Of a stretch of DNA of 64,000 bases, positions 33,438 through 44,597 are shown piece by piece. Source of the stretch: Candidatus Wolfebacteria bacterium (GTDB lineage: Bacteria; Patescibacteriota; Minisyncoccia; UBA6257; UBA9933); the NCBI GenBank assembly GCA_016214005.1, contig JACRPK010000006.1, positions 17,719 to 81,718 of the forward strand. The letters run 5' to 3'. Numbering within the stretch: the stretch's first letter is position 1; every line of letters starts with the position of its first letter. Both the position numbers and the translations under genes were made by a program. The notes under the pieces were generated by a model, which searched no databases, was not told the DNA's origin, and saw only the letters and a program-made list of their open reading frames with translations.

Positions 33438-34277
33438 TTATTTCAAGATTTGAGGCTTTTCGCCTTCAACTTGGATTTTTTTGAGTTTTAATTTTCCTTC
33501 AAAAATTTCCGCTTCCAAAAATTTTACGCGCTTGTTGTTGATGAAGACATAAGCGCCGGGTTCGGGATTGAAAGCTTTGATTTTTCGCTCAATTTGAACG
33601 GCGATTTCGCCTCCCTGATTTTTAGCAATTTCCAAATCTTCCGAAGAAATCAAAGCATCTTCGGTTTTAAATTTTTTGGTAAAAGTTGCTCGGGATTCAT
33701 CTTGAATAGCTGCGGTTTTAATTTTATTCTCAATATCGGGCAAAATTTCAATCAATAAATCAGCGCTTAACTCGGCGAGTTTTTGTTGAAATTTTTTATA
33801 GTCGTCATTTTTGTCTATTGGGATATTTTTTAACGCCAATATCGGCCCATGATCAACTTTTTCATCCACCATAAATATGGCGGCGCCAGTTTCTTTTTCA
33901 TTGTTTAAAATGGCGGATTGAATTGGCGTTGCGCCGCGGTATTTTGGCAAAAGCGAAGGGTGGGCGCCGATTGCGCCGAGCCGCGGAATTTCCAGAATTT
34001 CTTTGGGAATAATTTTGGCGTAAGCGGCAACAATGGAAAAATCAAAATCTTTAATAGGGTGATTTTGAAAAAAATCTTTTGATAATTTTTCCGGTTGTAA
34101 AACAGGGATATTATATTTTTGAGCAATAGTTTTTGTCGGCGGGAAAGTGATGATTTTTTTTCTGCCGACCGGCTTATCTGGATTGCAAATAACGGCTTGC
34201 GGAACAAATCCGGCATTGATTAATTTTTCTAAAATTATTGAGGCGAATTCTGGTGTTCCGAAAAATGCGAATTTCAT
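33438..34277 (-). CDS. fmt: methionyl-tRNA formyltransferase
   Basis: MKFAFFGTPEFA… N-terminus and formyltransferase core. Adjacent to def. Confidence 0.85.
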   Translation of the reverse strand: MKFAFFGTPEFASIILEKLINAGFVPQAVICNPDKPVGRKKIITFPPTKTIAQKYNIPVLQPEKLSKDFFQNHPIKDFDFSIVAAYAKIIPKEILEIPRLGAIGAHPSLLPKYRGATPIQSAILNNEKETGAAIFMVDEKVDHGPILALKNIPIDKNDDYKKFQQKLAELSADLLIEILPDIENKIKTAAIQDESRATFTKKFKTEDALISSEDLEIAKNQGGEIAVQIERKIKAFNPEPGAYVFINNKRVKFLEAEIFEGKLKLKKIQVEGEKPQILK

Positions 34278-34287
34278 GGTTTCTATT

Positions 34288-34800
34288 TTATTGCTTGTTT
34301 TGATTATCTATTTTATGGAGACCATTTGCTTTGTCAATAAATAAAATTCCATTAAGATGATCTATCTCATGCTGAAAAACTCGAGCTTCTATTCCTTCTG
34401 CTTTAATTCTTATTTTTTTGTTGTTTTTGTCTCGACCGATTAAAGTGATTTTTTCCGGCCGCTCAACTTCGCCATAAATTTCTGGCACGCTTAAACACCC
34501 TTCTTCAACAAAAGATGTTTTTTCGGATGATTTTATAATTTCCGGATTAAAAATCGCGTAAAATTTTTCACCGATTATTTTATCGCCTTCAATTTTGGGA
34601 ATTTGAGCTATAAAAAATTTAAAATTCAATCCGATTTGATTGGCGGAAAGCCCGATGCCATTAGCTTTTATCATTGTTTCTTTCATTTGTTTTAATAATT
34701 CGTTAATTTCTTTTTTGGAAAATTTTGAGAAATCAAAATCCGCGGTCTTGGTCCGCAAGAATTTCTCTTCTTTTTTATTGTTGATTGTCAGAATTTTCAT
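34288..34800 (-). CDS. def: peptide deformylase
   Basis: EGCLSVP and QHEIDHLNG motifs. Confidence 0.9.
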   Translation of the reverse strand: MKILTINNKKEEKFLRTKTADFDFSKFSKKEINELLKQMKETMIKANGIGLSANQIGLNFKFFIAQIPKIEGDKIIGEKFYAIFNPEIIKSSEKTSFVEEGCLSVPEIYGEVERPEKITLIGRDKNNKKIRIKAEGIEARVFQHEIDHLNGILFIDKANGLHKIDNQNKQ

Positions 34801-35078
34801 TTTTTCTTTTTTAAATTTTTTAACAAATACGGATGGGTTTGCGTTAAAACTTTCATAAAATAACCGCCTTTATTTTCAATATTTTTTCTTTCGGAAACAT
34901 CTTTGGCGATGCTGAGCAAATGTTCATTATTATGTTCTTTGGCGAGCTTGATATAAAGAGCTTTGTGTTTTTCGTCATCAAGAAGCTGGGCGATCATTAG
35001 GCCTATCATTTGATATTTTCTGTAAACATGAGATTTTTTCCCGCGCTCTTTGAGAATTTCCAAATAATTTTTTTCCAT
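34797..35078 (-). CDS. hypothetical protein, 93 aa
   Basis: ORF overlapping def start by 4 nt. Confidence 0.4.
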   Translation of the reverse strand: MEKNYLEILKERGKKSHVYRKYQMIGLMIAQLLDDEKHKALYIKLAKEHNNEHLLSIAKDVSERKNIENKGGYFMKVLTQTHPYLLKNLKKKK

Positions 35079-35252
35079 AAAATTATTTTAGCATAAAAAA
35101 CTGATAAAAAAATTAGTAAAAAAATCGGCGTCCAGAGCGGAAAAATGCTCGTGGACGCCCTAGGGATGGGTGCTATCTTCGAATGAAGATAGCGGGTGGG
35201 CCGTATTTAAGAAATATATTAATAATATAAAATTATATTTTTTTATCAATAG

Positions 35253-35468
35253 TTATTTGGTGGTTTTGGCTTTGGCGCGGCGGGCTTTGAATTTTTCAAC
35301 TCGGCCAGCGGTGTCAATTAAATTTGTTCTGCCGGTAAAAAAAGGATGGCATTGGCTGCAAATTTCAACTTGAATTTCCGGGTTGGTTGAGCCGATGGAA
35401 AATTTAGCGCCGCAAGCGCATTGAATTTTCGCATTTTTATGATATTGGGGATGAACGTCTTTTTTCAT
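35253..35468 (-). CDS. rpmE: 50S ribosomal protein L31
   Basis: [10 protein letters not shown]…CxxC…[10 protein letters not shown] matches bL31. The ORF track extends upstream, but the start is set at MKKDV. Confidence 0.85.
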   Translation of the reverse strand: MKKDVHPQYHKNAKIQCACGAKFSIGSTNPEIQVEICSQCHPFFTGRTNLIDTAGRVEKFKARRAKAKTTK

Positions 35469-35739
35469 AATTTTGATAGTTTGAATACTATCACGGCTTT
35501 TTTCTCTTGACAAGGGGCAGGGCATTCATATAATGGGTAGATATCTGAAAACGGAACGAATCTGATTTTTGGAGAGAACTGATTTTTGGAGAGGACCTTG
35601 AAAAATTAAAAGTTAAAATTAAATCAGAATTTTTTTAGTTGTCCCAATTTTTATTCAAAATAGAAATGTAGTTGGTAGTGAGTAGCTGGCAAATTTTTGC
35701 TTTCTGCTTACTGCTTTCTACTTCTATTTTTATTTGAGA

Positions 35740-37322
<1,583 letters not shown>

Positions 37323-37459
37323 AAATTAATAAAAATGTTGTCGATCACAGAAGGCGTTGACCGAGGAGCCTCAAGTTTCGGTTAAAATTGGGCAACTGAA
37401 AAAGTTCTGACTAAAATCCGCCTTGCATGGCGGATTTAAATTTTGTATTATAAATTTAT

Positions 37460-37837
37460 ATGGCTAAAATACTTTTAGTTGAAGACGATCAATTTTTATC
37501 TTCATTATTAAAAAACAGGCTTCAAAAAGAAAATTATGAAGTTGTTTTGGCGACCGACGGAGAAGCGGCGATAAATTATTTAAGAACGGCTGATTTTGAT
37601 TTAATATTGCTTGATATTATCTTGCCGAAAAAAACCGGTTTTGAAGTTTTGGAAGAAATTAATTTAGATCCGCGCTTTCAAGCAAAAAAACCGCCGATAA
37701 TTATAATTTCAAATTTGGGCCAGGTGGAAGACATTAAAAGAGGTCAGGAATTGGGCGTAATAGAATATCTTATTAAAGCAAAAATTTCTATTGACGATTT
37801 GATCAATAAGGTTAAAGAATTTTTAAAAAATAAATAG
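37460..37837 (+). CDS. stand-alone response-regulator receiver domain protein (CheY-like)
   Basis: LLVEDD…D…LLDIILPKKTG…K signature. Confidence 0.7.
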   Translation: MAKILLVEDDQFLSSLLKNRLQKENYEVVLATDGEAAINYLRTADFDLILLDIILPKKTGFEVLEEINLDPRFQAKKPPIIIISNLGQVEDIKRGQELGVIEYLIKAKISIDDLINKVKEFLKNK

Positions 37838-37839
37838 AA

Positions 37840-38388
37840 ATGAAGAAAGGTTTTACTCTTCTAGAACTTTTGATCGTCATAAGCATTTTGGCTATTTTAA
37901 TGGTAATTGTTGCTGTAGTTTTAAACCCGGGCGAGCTTATAGCTCAAGCGCGCGATGCTCAAAGAATCAGCGATTTAAGTTCTTTACGAAGCGTTTTACC
38001 GCTTTATATGGCGAGTATCTCTCCGAATTCTTTAGGCGCTTGCAATAGACGCTGTACTTTATCGGGCGTTACTCCCTTTGGGACGGATATTTCTCCTGTT
38101 GGATGTGCAACAATTTCCACTTCAACGCTAATAAACAGCGCAGGTTGGGTTGACGTGAATTTTAACGATATTTCAGGAGGCTCTCCATTTTCTAAATTGC
38201 CGATAGATCCCGTTAATAAAAATGGCTATTATTATGGCTACGCCTGCGACGACAGCGCTAAAACTTTTGAATTGGTTGCTGTGCTTGAAAGTGAAAAATA
38301 TACAATTAAAGAAGATTTTGACGGCAAAGATGGCGGCAATAGAGCGAATATTTATGAGATTGGCACTGACCCGGGATTAGATTTATAA
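37840..38388 (+). CDS. type IV pilin
   Basis: KG|FTLLELLIVISILAIL N-terminus. Confidence 0.7.
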   Translation: MKKGFTLLELLIVISILAILMVIVAVVLNPGELIAQARDAQRISDLSSLRSVLPLYMASISPNSLGACNRRCTLSGVTPFGTDISPVGCATISTSTLINSAGWVDVNFNDISGGSPFSKLPIDPVNKNGYYYGYACDDSAKTFELVAVLESEKYTIKEDFDGKDGGNRANIYEIGTDPGLDL

Positions 38389-38468
38389 TAAATTAGTTAT
38401 CCACATTGTTTTTTTAAATTATCATTCTATACTTAAAAATAAATTAGTCGATTATATAAAATAAATAT

Positions 38469-39035
38469 ATGCAAAAAGAAAACACACAAATTATAAGAAT
38501 TTCTAAGCGGGGTTTTACATTATTAGAGCTTTTAATCGTTATCGGTATTTTGGCGATTTTAACAACGGTCGTGGCAATTACTTTAAATCCGGCGCAACTT
38601 TTAGCTCAAGCGCGCGATAGCCAACGATTATCAGATTTAAATTCAGTAAATAGCGCTGTTGGATTATATGTGGCAAGCGCTTCGACTACGCCAGCTATTG
38701 GCGCTGGTCCGACTTGCACTGCTGGTACTACTTCTGGATTCGGTTTTGGAGGAAATGAAGCTTGCACGACCAATGCTTCAACAACAATTAGCGGCACTGG
38801 TTGGGTGCTAGTTGATTTCAGAAATATTTCCAGCGGTTCTCCGTTGTCTAAATTGCCGCTTGATCCGGTTAATAGCGCTACTTATTTTTATGCCTATAAA
38901 GGAGATACAACTAATTTAACAATTGAATTAAATACTAAATTGGAAAGCAATAAATATACCGGCTTAATGACTACAGATGGCGGAAGTAATAATTCTTTTT
39001 ACGAAATTGGTTCTGATCCAGGATTAGATTTGTAA
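38469..39035 (+). CDS. type IV pilin
   Basis: RG|FTLLELLIVIGILAIL. Paralog of 37840 (shared SDLxSxxS and LPxDPVN motifs). Confidence 0.7.
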   Translation: MQKENTQIIRISKRGFTLLELLIVIGILAILTTVVAITLNPAQLLAQARDSQRLSDLNSVNSAVGLYVASASTTPAIGAGPTCTAGTTSGFGFGGNEACTTNASTTISGTGWVLVDFRNISSGSPLSKLPLDPVNSATYFYAYKGDTTNLTIELNTKLESNKYTGLMTTDGGSNNSFYEIGSDPGLDL

Positions 39036-39037
39036 AA

Positions 39038-39664
39038 ATGATTTTTTATTTTTCTTTGGGAATTTTAATATTAACTCTGTTTATCTTTTTGGGAGCGTCT
39101 TCTTTGGGAAGGCGCTTCTTTAATATTGGAGATAATTTTTATAAATATATTTTTAAATATTTTTATTTTGCGTCAATTATAATTATTTTTTTTATTCTCA
39201 TTTATCAATCATTTGAGCAATATCAACTATGGAAATCGGATAATTTATCAAAATATCTGCTTCCGCCATACGTAAACATAAATTATTTTTTTAAATATGT
39301 CGGTTTTAGATTTTTTGGACCTTATTTGATTTCGTTTGCGGCTTCAATTTTACTTTTGTTTTCTTTAAATCGTTTAAATAAAAAATATGAAGAAAGATTT
39401 TTTTATTCCGAAGAACCGCAGATCGCGGCCTTGGCGATGTTTTTGAGCGGCTGGCCGGGATGTTTATTTTATTTTATCGGTTTAATTTTGGCTTATCTGA
39501 TAATTCATTTTTTAGTCTCGTTTTATTATAAGTTTTTTTTAAAAATAGGCCCAAGCGAGGTTCGGGTAAGTTTGCGTTATTGGTGGATTCCAATGGCTAT
39601 TGTTGCTATAATAATTAATAAATGGTTGGTTGGCTTAGATTTATGGAAGTTATTGAAAATATAA
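39038..39664 (+). CDS. hypothetical polytopic membrane protein (no clear prepilin-peptidase motifs)
   Basis: Several TM helices. Sits directly after the pilin genes. Confidence 0.4.
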   Translation: MIFYFSLGILILTLFIFLGASSLGRRFFNIGDNFYKYIFKYFYFASIIIIFFILIYQSFEQYQLWKSDNLSKYLLPPYVNINYFFKYVGFRFFGPYLISFAASILLLFSLNRLNKKYEERFFYSEEPQIAALAMFLSGWPGCLFYFIGLILAYLIIHFLVSFYYKFFLKIGPSEVRVSLRYWWIPMAIVAIIINKWLVGLDLWKLLKI

Positions 39665-39745
39665 AGCAATCGCGAATAATGCGAATATTAATTTAATTAT
39701 TAGCATTATTTGCTTAAAATTCGTATTATTGGAGAATACCCTATT

Positions 39746-40966
39746 ATGTCGATTTTTGTTTATAAAGCTTTAAATAAAGAAGGCGGTCAGCAACATGGGG
39801 AAGTTCAGGCAGATAGCCGTCAGACAGCGATTGATTTTTTAAGGCGGGATAATTTAACGCCTATTTTTATTGAAGAAAAAGGGAAATTTGAAAAAAAACA
39901 ATTGTCATTTTTAAAAATTACTTTCGGCGGTATCAGCAATGTTGATAAAATTTTTATTACTCGTCATTTGGCGGCGATTTTAAAATCAGGGATTAATTTG
40001 ATTGAGGCTTTGCAAATTCTTGAAGAGGACGTTCAAAAGCCATTGATGAAAAAAATTTTAAGAGACGCAAAAGTTAATCTTGAAAAAGGCCAGCCCCTTT
40101 CAACGACTTTTGCTTCTTATGAGAAATATTTTTCGCCGGTTTTTGTTGGGCTTATAAAAGCCGGAGAGGCTTCCGGCACTCTTGAAGACAGCCTTGAGGG
40201 ATTGGGCGAACAGCTTCAGCGCGATTATGACATTAAGAAAAAAGTTCAATCAGCTATGATTTATCCGCTGATTCTTTTAACAGCGACTTCATTGATAATT
40301 ATTTTGCTCATGACATTTGTGATGCCGCGTTTGATAAAAGCTTTGTCGCAAACAAAAATCACCCTGCCGTTAATTACAAGAATTTTAATAAATATCAGCA
40401 ATGTTTTATCGGCAAATCCCCTGATGACAATATTAATTTTCCTAACTTTGATTTTTTTAATATTTATTTTTTATAGAAGTAAATTCGGAAAGCAAATTAT
40501 TTTTTCTTTGTTTGAAAAATTTCCCGTAAGCGGAGAGTTAATTAAAAAGTTGGCTTTGGCAAGATTTTCCATAACCTTGCGCAATTTGCTCAAGAGCGGC
40601 ATGCCGGCGTTGCAGGCCATTGATTTGACGGCAAAAACAGTTGGTAATATTAAATATGAGAATGCTCTTGTGGCGATCGGCTCTGAATTGCGGCGAGGCG
40701 CTCCGCTCCATGAAACTTTCAGAAGGCGAAGCGAGCTTTTTCCCCAAATGGTTGTGAGTGTTTTGACAGTCGGCGAGCGCACCGGCACTTTAGAGCGCTC
40801 GCTTTTAGTCATTTCTAATTATTATAATGAAGAAGTTGACCGAGCTTTGAAAAATTTGATCGTGCTTTTGGAACCATTGCTTTTGATTATTATGGGTTTT
40901 GTGGTTGCGGGAATCGCTTTGTCAATTTTATTGCCGATTTATCAATTAGTAAGTTCGTTTAGATAA
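39746..40966 (+). CDS. pilC: type IV pilus platform protein PilC/GspF family (second copy)
   Basis: MSIFVYKALNKEGG… and duplicated GspF domains. Start moved to the internal ATG. Confidence 0.75.
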   Translation: MSIFVYKALNKEGGQQHGEVQADSRQTAIDFLRRDNLTPIFIEEKGKFEKKQLSFLKITFGGISNVDKIFITRHLAAILKSGINLIEALQILEEDVQKPLMKKILRDAKVNLEKGQPLSTTFASYEKYFSPVFVGLIKAGEASGTLEDSLEGLGEQLQRDYDIKKKVQSAMIYPLILLTATSLIIILLMTFVMPRLIKALSQTKITLPLITRILINISNVLSANPLMTILIFLTLIFLIFIFYRSKFGKQIIFSLFEKFPVSGELIKKLALARFSITLRNLLKSGMPALQAIDLTAKTVGNIKYENALVAIGSELRRGAPLHETFRRRSELFPQMVVSVLTVGERTGTLERSLLVISNYYNEEVDRALKNLIVLLEPLLLIIMGFVVAGIALSILLPIYQLVSSFR

Positions 40967-40968
40967 AT

Positions 40969-41430
40969 ATGAAGGGTTTTACTTTAATTGAATTGATTTT
41001 AGTTATTGGAATTTTGGGGATTTTAGGAGGAATCGGTTTCGGAGTTTATTATAATTTTCAAACTAATGTTAAGGTTGAAGAAGAGGCGAATAAAATTGTT
41101 GAGATTTTGCGGGGAACCCAACAAAAAGCCATTAGCGGAGAAAATTTAAATCAATGGGGCATAAGATTTGTAAATTCAACCAGCAGTCAATATTATGATG
41201 TGTTTGAAGGTGGAAATTATTTGACCGGAACAAGCACAGAAAGAAATTATTTGCCGGAAAGCGTTATTTTTATAAATCCTTCGACAAGCTCAACAATTGA
41301 CACGATTTTTAATATTCGTTCTGGCAACGCCGCAACAAGTTCAAATATAATCATTACTATTACAAGTTCTGTTTCAAGTTCAACAAAAAATATCACTATT
41401 ACGCCAAGGGGATTAATTTCAAGAGATTAA
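40969..41430 (+). CDS. prepilin-type pseudopilin
   Basis: MKG|FTLIELILVIGILGIL. Confidence 0.65.
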   Translation: MKGFTLIELILVIGILGILGGIGFGVYYNFQTNVKVEEEANKIVEILRGTQQKAISGENLNQWGIRFVNSTSSQYYDVFEGGNYLTGTSTERNYLPESVIFINPSTSSTIDTIFNIRSGNAATSSNIIITITSSVSSSTKNITITPRGLISRD

Positions 41431-41575
41431 ATATAAAGATTAAAAATAAGATGCAGAAAAAAATTTTTATTAATATAAATATTTTTGATTTTATAAGAAA
41501 ACATGCGTTAATCTCTCCAGCGAGGAATTTGCGCTTGGCTCCCTGCCTGCCGGCAGGCAGGTCGACTTCGCTCGT

Positions 41576-41711
41576 CAAGAAAATATGTTTTTCAGAATGT
41601 CTCGGAAGGCTAAAAAGCTTGGTCTCCGAAGGAGTTTTTAGCCTGAGAGCCAAGCTCTTGATTTTTCGCTGGAAAAAATCAAAGAGCGGTTCTGAAAAAC
41701 ATATTTTCTTG
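41576..41711. mobile_element. MITE-like structured repeat copy 2 (with 20-bp palindrome flank at 41542..41561)
   Basis: Terminal inverted repeat CAAGAAAATATGTTTTTCAGAA / TTCTGAAAAACATATTTTCTTG. Internal GGCTAAAAAGCTTGGTCTCCGAAGGAGTTTTTAGCC hairpin. Confidence 0.6.
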
Positions 41712-41801
41712 GTATCATACCCGCTCGGTCTGCGTATGATTTTTTTAATAAAATCAAAAATATTTATATATCAAATTATAAAATATTACAGGAATAGTTT
41801 T

Positions 41802-42497
41802 GTGAATAATCGCGGACAAATTTTAACAGAGCTTATTGTTGCCATATCTATTACCGCCATTATTGTGGCGATTGGAGCGCAGATGATAGGCGTAAGTTTA
41901 TATTCGGCCGGATCTTCGGGAGATCGGCAAACCGCGAGCAGATTGTCCGAAGAAGTTTTTGAAGCGCTTCGCGCTATCACCCAAGGCAATGATGCGGCAA
42001 GTCAAGGCTGGAATAGGCTTTATTTGCCTCCGGACGGCAATGGCAATGCGTCAACTTCAAAAGGTGTGGCTAATCCGTATAAATTAACAATTGTTTCAAA
42101 TGCTTGGAAGGTTGCCACTGGCACGGAAGAAATTATTTTAGACGGCAATTCGTATTCTCGTTATTTTATTATTGAAAATGTTTCGCGAGCTTCTTCAACC
42201 GGAGCGATTGAAGATGTTTATAATCCCAGCAATGACGATCCGCATACTCAAAAAGTGATTGTAGATGTTTCTAAAATAAGCGGAATTGCCCAAGGCCAAA
42301 CGGACTTCGTTTTTTCGCAATATTTTACAAGATATTTAAATGAAGCCACGGCTCAAAATAATTGGACTCTTTCTGGTCAATGCGGTTCGGTAAGCGCCAC
42401 CTCAACTTCAATAGGAAATTGTTCAAATACTGGAGGAGATATCAGCAATTCATCTTGCGGCGGCGGAGTTTCTGCTTGTTTGAAAATTTCCCAGTGA
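41802..42497 (+). CDS. prepilin-type minor pilin (GTG start; the ORF track start lies inside the MITE)
   Basis: VNNRG|QILTELIVAISITAIIVAIG class III signal with Glu +5. Confidence 0.5.
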   Translation: MNNRGQILTELIVAISITAIIVAIGAQMIGVSLYSAGSSGDRQTASRLSEEVFEALRAITQGNDAASQGWNRLYLPPDGNGNASTSKGVANPYKLTIVSNAWKVATGTEEIILDGNSYSRYFIIENVSRASSTGAIEDVYNPSNDDPHTQKVIVDVSKISGIAQGQTDFVFSQYFTRYLNEATAQNNWTLSGQCGSVSATSTSIGNCSNTGGDISNSSCGGGVSACLKISQ

Positions 42498-42592
42498 TTT
42501 TTTCCGGAATTTTTTAAGCATTTTCTGAGTGATTTTTACAAAGCGATTTTAATAAAGCATTTTTTTAAATTTTTTATGTTTAAAATATTCTT

Positions 42593-42610
42593 GCTATCAC
42601 TAGTGATAGC
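42593..42610. promoter_or_regulatory. palindromic operator-like site TTCTTGCTATCACTAGTGATAGCAAGAA (28-bp perfect palindrome) upstream of the regulator gene
   Basis: Copy 3 of 5. Identical extended copy at 43139..43164, just downstream of the same gene. Confidence 0.5.
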
Positions 42611-42660
42611 AAGAATGATATAATTATTATATAATGCAATAAAATAAAAATAATAATTTT

Positions 42661-43131
42661 ATGGAAAATCTTTCTAATTTTAAATCAAGAAAAGAATGGG
42701 AAGAATTTATTTGGCATAAATTTTTAGAAGGTCTTAAGGATGCTAAAACAACGGGGCAGTTAAAAGAAATTTTAGAAAGCGTTTTAGACGGTCGCGAGAA
42801 AAATTTTATGATTAAGCGATTGATTGTGATTGCCTCAATCAGCCAAAATAAAACATATCGGGAAATCAGCGAACTTTTATGGCTGTCTCCGAATACAATT
42901 AGTTCAATTAAAAAAAGTTTATTTAAGAAAACAATTTATAGCGGTTATAAAAAATCAAATGCTAAATTTAATAAAAATAATAAAGAAGTTTCAAAGAAAA
43001 AATGGGGAGATGTCGCTTTTGATTTATTGGAATCATTTTCTCGCATTCCATTGCCGCCATTTATAGGAAAAAATCGCTGGCGTTATTTGGATGTAGATTA
43101 TCAAGACAAGATAAAATACGGTAAAAAATGA
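42661..43131 (+). CDS. TrpR/YerC-YecD-like HTH transcriptional regulator, 156 aa
   Basis: TYREISELLWLSPNTISSIKKSL helix-turn-helix as in the TrpR-related YerC family. Flanked by the palindromes. Confidence 0.55.
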   Translation: MENLSNFKSRKEWEEFIWHKFLEGLKDAKTTGQLKEILESVLDGREKNFMIKRLIVIASISQNKTYREISELLWLSPNTISSIKKSLFKKTIYSGYKKSNAKFNKNNKEVSKKKWGDVAFDLLESFSRIPLPPFIGKNRWRYLDVDYQDKIKYGKK

Positions 43132-43164
43132 TAAATTTTCTTGCTATCACTAGTGATAGCAAGA

Positions 43165-43545
43165 AAAGAGAGGGGGAAAAGATGGGGGAATGAAGAAAAA
43201 ATGAGGGGAAAAGATGGGGGGGGGAGAAAAGATGAGAAAATAAAGAAAAAATGGGGAAAAAAATAATAAAATTTTTTATTATCACTGATGATAACATGGA
43301 GAAAAGATATGGAAAAAAGAGAGATAAATAAAGAGAATATAAGAGAGAAAAAAGGGGGGGAGAAGAAGGTAATTGATGGGAGAGAAAATAATAAAATAAA
43401 TTAATCATTGCGCGGTATTGTTATAATTAATAAAAAATAGTAATTGATTAAAAAATAGATGCTATCACCAGTGATAGCGCTAAAAAGAAAAACAAGAGGG
43501 GGAGGGAAAACAAAGAATAAATTTAAGAATATTTAAGAATAAAAA
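43165..43545 (+). repeat. purine-only low-complexity tract with G-homopolymers and GAAAAGATGGGG repeats
   Basis: ~380 bp almost devoid of pyrimidines on the + strand. Contains G9 and G8 runs. Operator copy 5 is at 43461..43478. Confidence 0.6.
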
Positions 43546-43550
43546 ATAAA

Positions 43551-44540
43551 ATGGTTTATAAAAAGGAGAACAATTTAATGGAAAATAATTTTAATTTAGT
43601 TAAATATAAAAAATATGCCGCGGTTTTTGGAATTTTGGCGGCGATTTTTGTTATAACAAGCGCGGCGATGGCGTATTTATGGCAGAAAGCAGAACGAGTT
43701 AATGAAAAAGGAATAATGCGGAGTGATAAATTTAATTTACTCAATCCGGCGAGAAAATTTGTAAAACAGGAAGATTTGATTATCAATTTTCAGCCTCTGC
43801 GGAATTATTTGAATGACAAATACGAAGCCGACCCGAATGTTTCCATTTATTTTGAATACTTGCCGACAGGTTCTAACATATCAATAAATAAAGACGCGGA
43901 GTTTTGGCAGGCGAGCTTGCTCAAATTGCCGGTTGCGTTGGCAGTGGCGAAAAAAATAGAAAAAGGCGAGTGGAAATGGACCAATGAACTGGTGATTATG
44001 ACGTCTGATAAAAATGGCGGGTTTGGCGATTTGTATAAGAAGCCGATCGGAACAAAACTTACGATTGAAAAATTAGTTCAGCTTTCCCTTTCGGAATCCG
44101 ACAATACGGCGAATTTCGTTTTGGTAAGAAATTTAGAGCCTTCGGATTATCAGGATATTTATGATCATCTTGGCTTAAGCGATTTTTTGTCAAATGAAGG
44201 CAAAATAAGCTCCAAGAAGTATTCAGTAATGCTGCGGGCGCTTTACAATTCTTCTTATCTTTCGGATGAAAATTCTCAAAAGCTTTTGGATTTTTTAAAT
44301 GAAACGTTGTTTAAGGAATATCTTGGCAGCGGCTTGCCCGATGATATTGAATTTTCTCATAAAATCGGCGTAAGCGACGACCAAAAAGTTTTTCTTGATT
44401 CCGGAATTGTCTTTGTCAAAAATCGTCCGTATATTTTGACTGCTATAATTAAAACTCAAAATAAAGAATATGCCGAAAAAGTTATGAAAGATATTTCAGA
44501 AAAAACTTATCAATATATTATGAATTATAATAGTAAATAA
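43551..44540 (+). CDS. membrane-anchored serine beta-lactamase-like (class A / PBP-fold) protein
   Basis: SxxK (ASLLK), SDN (SESDNTA) and K(T/I)G (HKIGVS) in the canonical order, after an N-terminal TM. Confidence 0.55.
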   Translation: MVYKKENNLMENNFNLVKYKKYAAVFGILAAIFVITSAAMAYLWQKAERVNEKGIMRSDKFNLLNPARKFVKQEDLIINFQPLRNYLNDKYEADPNVSIYFEYLPTGSNISINKDAEFWQASLLKLPVALAVAKKIEKGEWKWTNELVIMTSDKNGGFGDLYKKPIGTKLTIEKLVQLSLSESDNTANFVLVRNLEPSDYQDIYDHLGLSDFLSNEGKISSKKYSVMLRALYNSSYLSDENSQKLLDFLNETLFKEYLGSGLPDDIEFSHKIGVSDDQKVFLDSGIVFVKNRPYILTAIIKTQNKEYAEKVMKDISEKTYQYIMNYNSK

Positions 44541-44597
44541 ATTTGATGAATAAAATTTTAAAACGATGTATAATTTAAAAATAATGCAAATTCAACG

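Noticed and set aside
39038-39664. Calling the membrane protein after the pilin genes a prepilin peptidase (PilD)
   Set aside because: No A24 peptidase hallmarks (paired catalytic Asp motifs, N-terminal CxxC) could be seen, so it is left as hypothetical.
43061-43408. Minus-strand 115-aa ORF across the purine-rich tract
   Set aside because: The translation is a low-complexity S/L/F/P artefact of a polypyrimidine strand.
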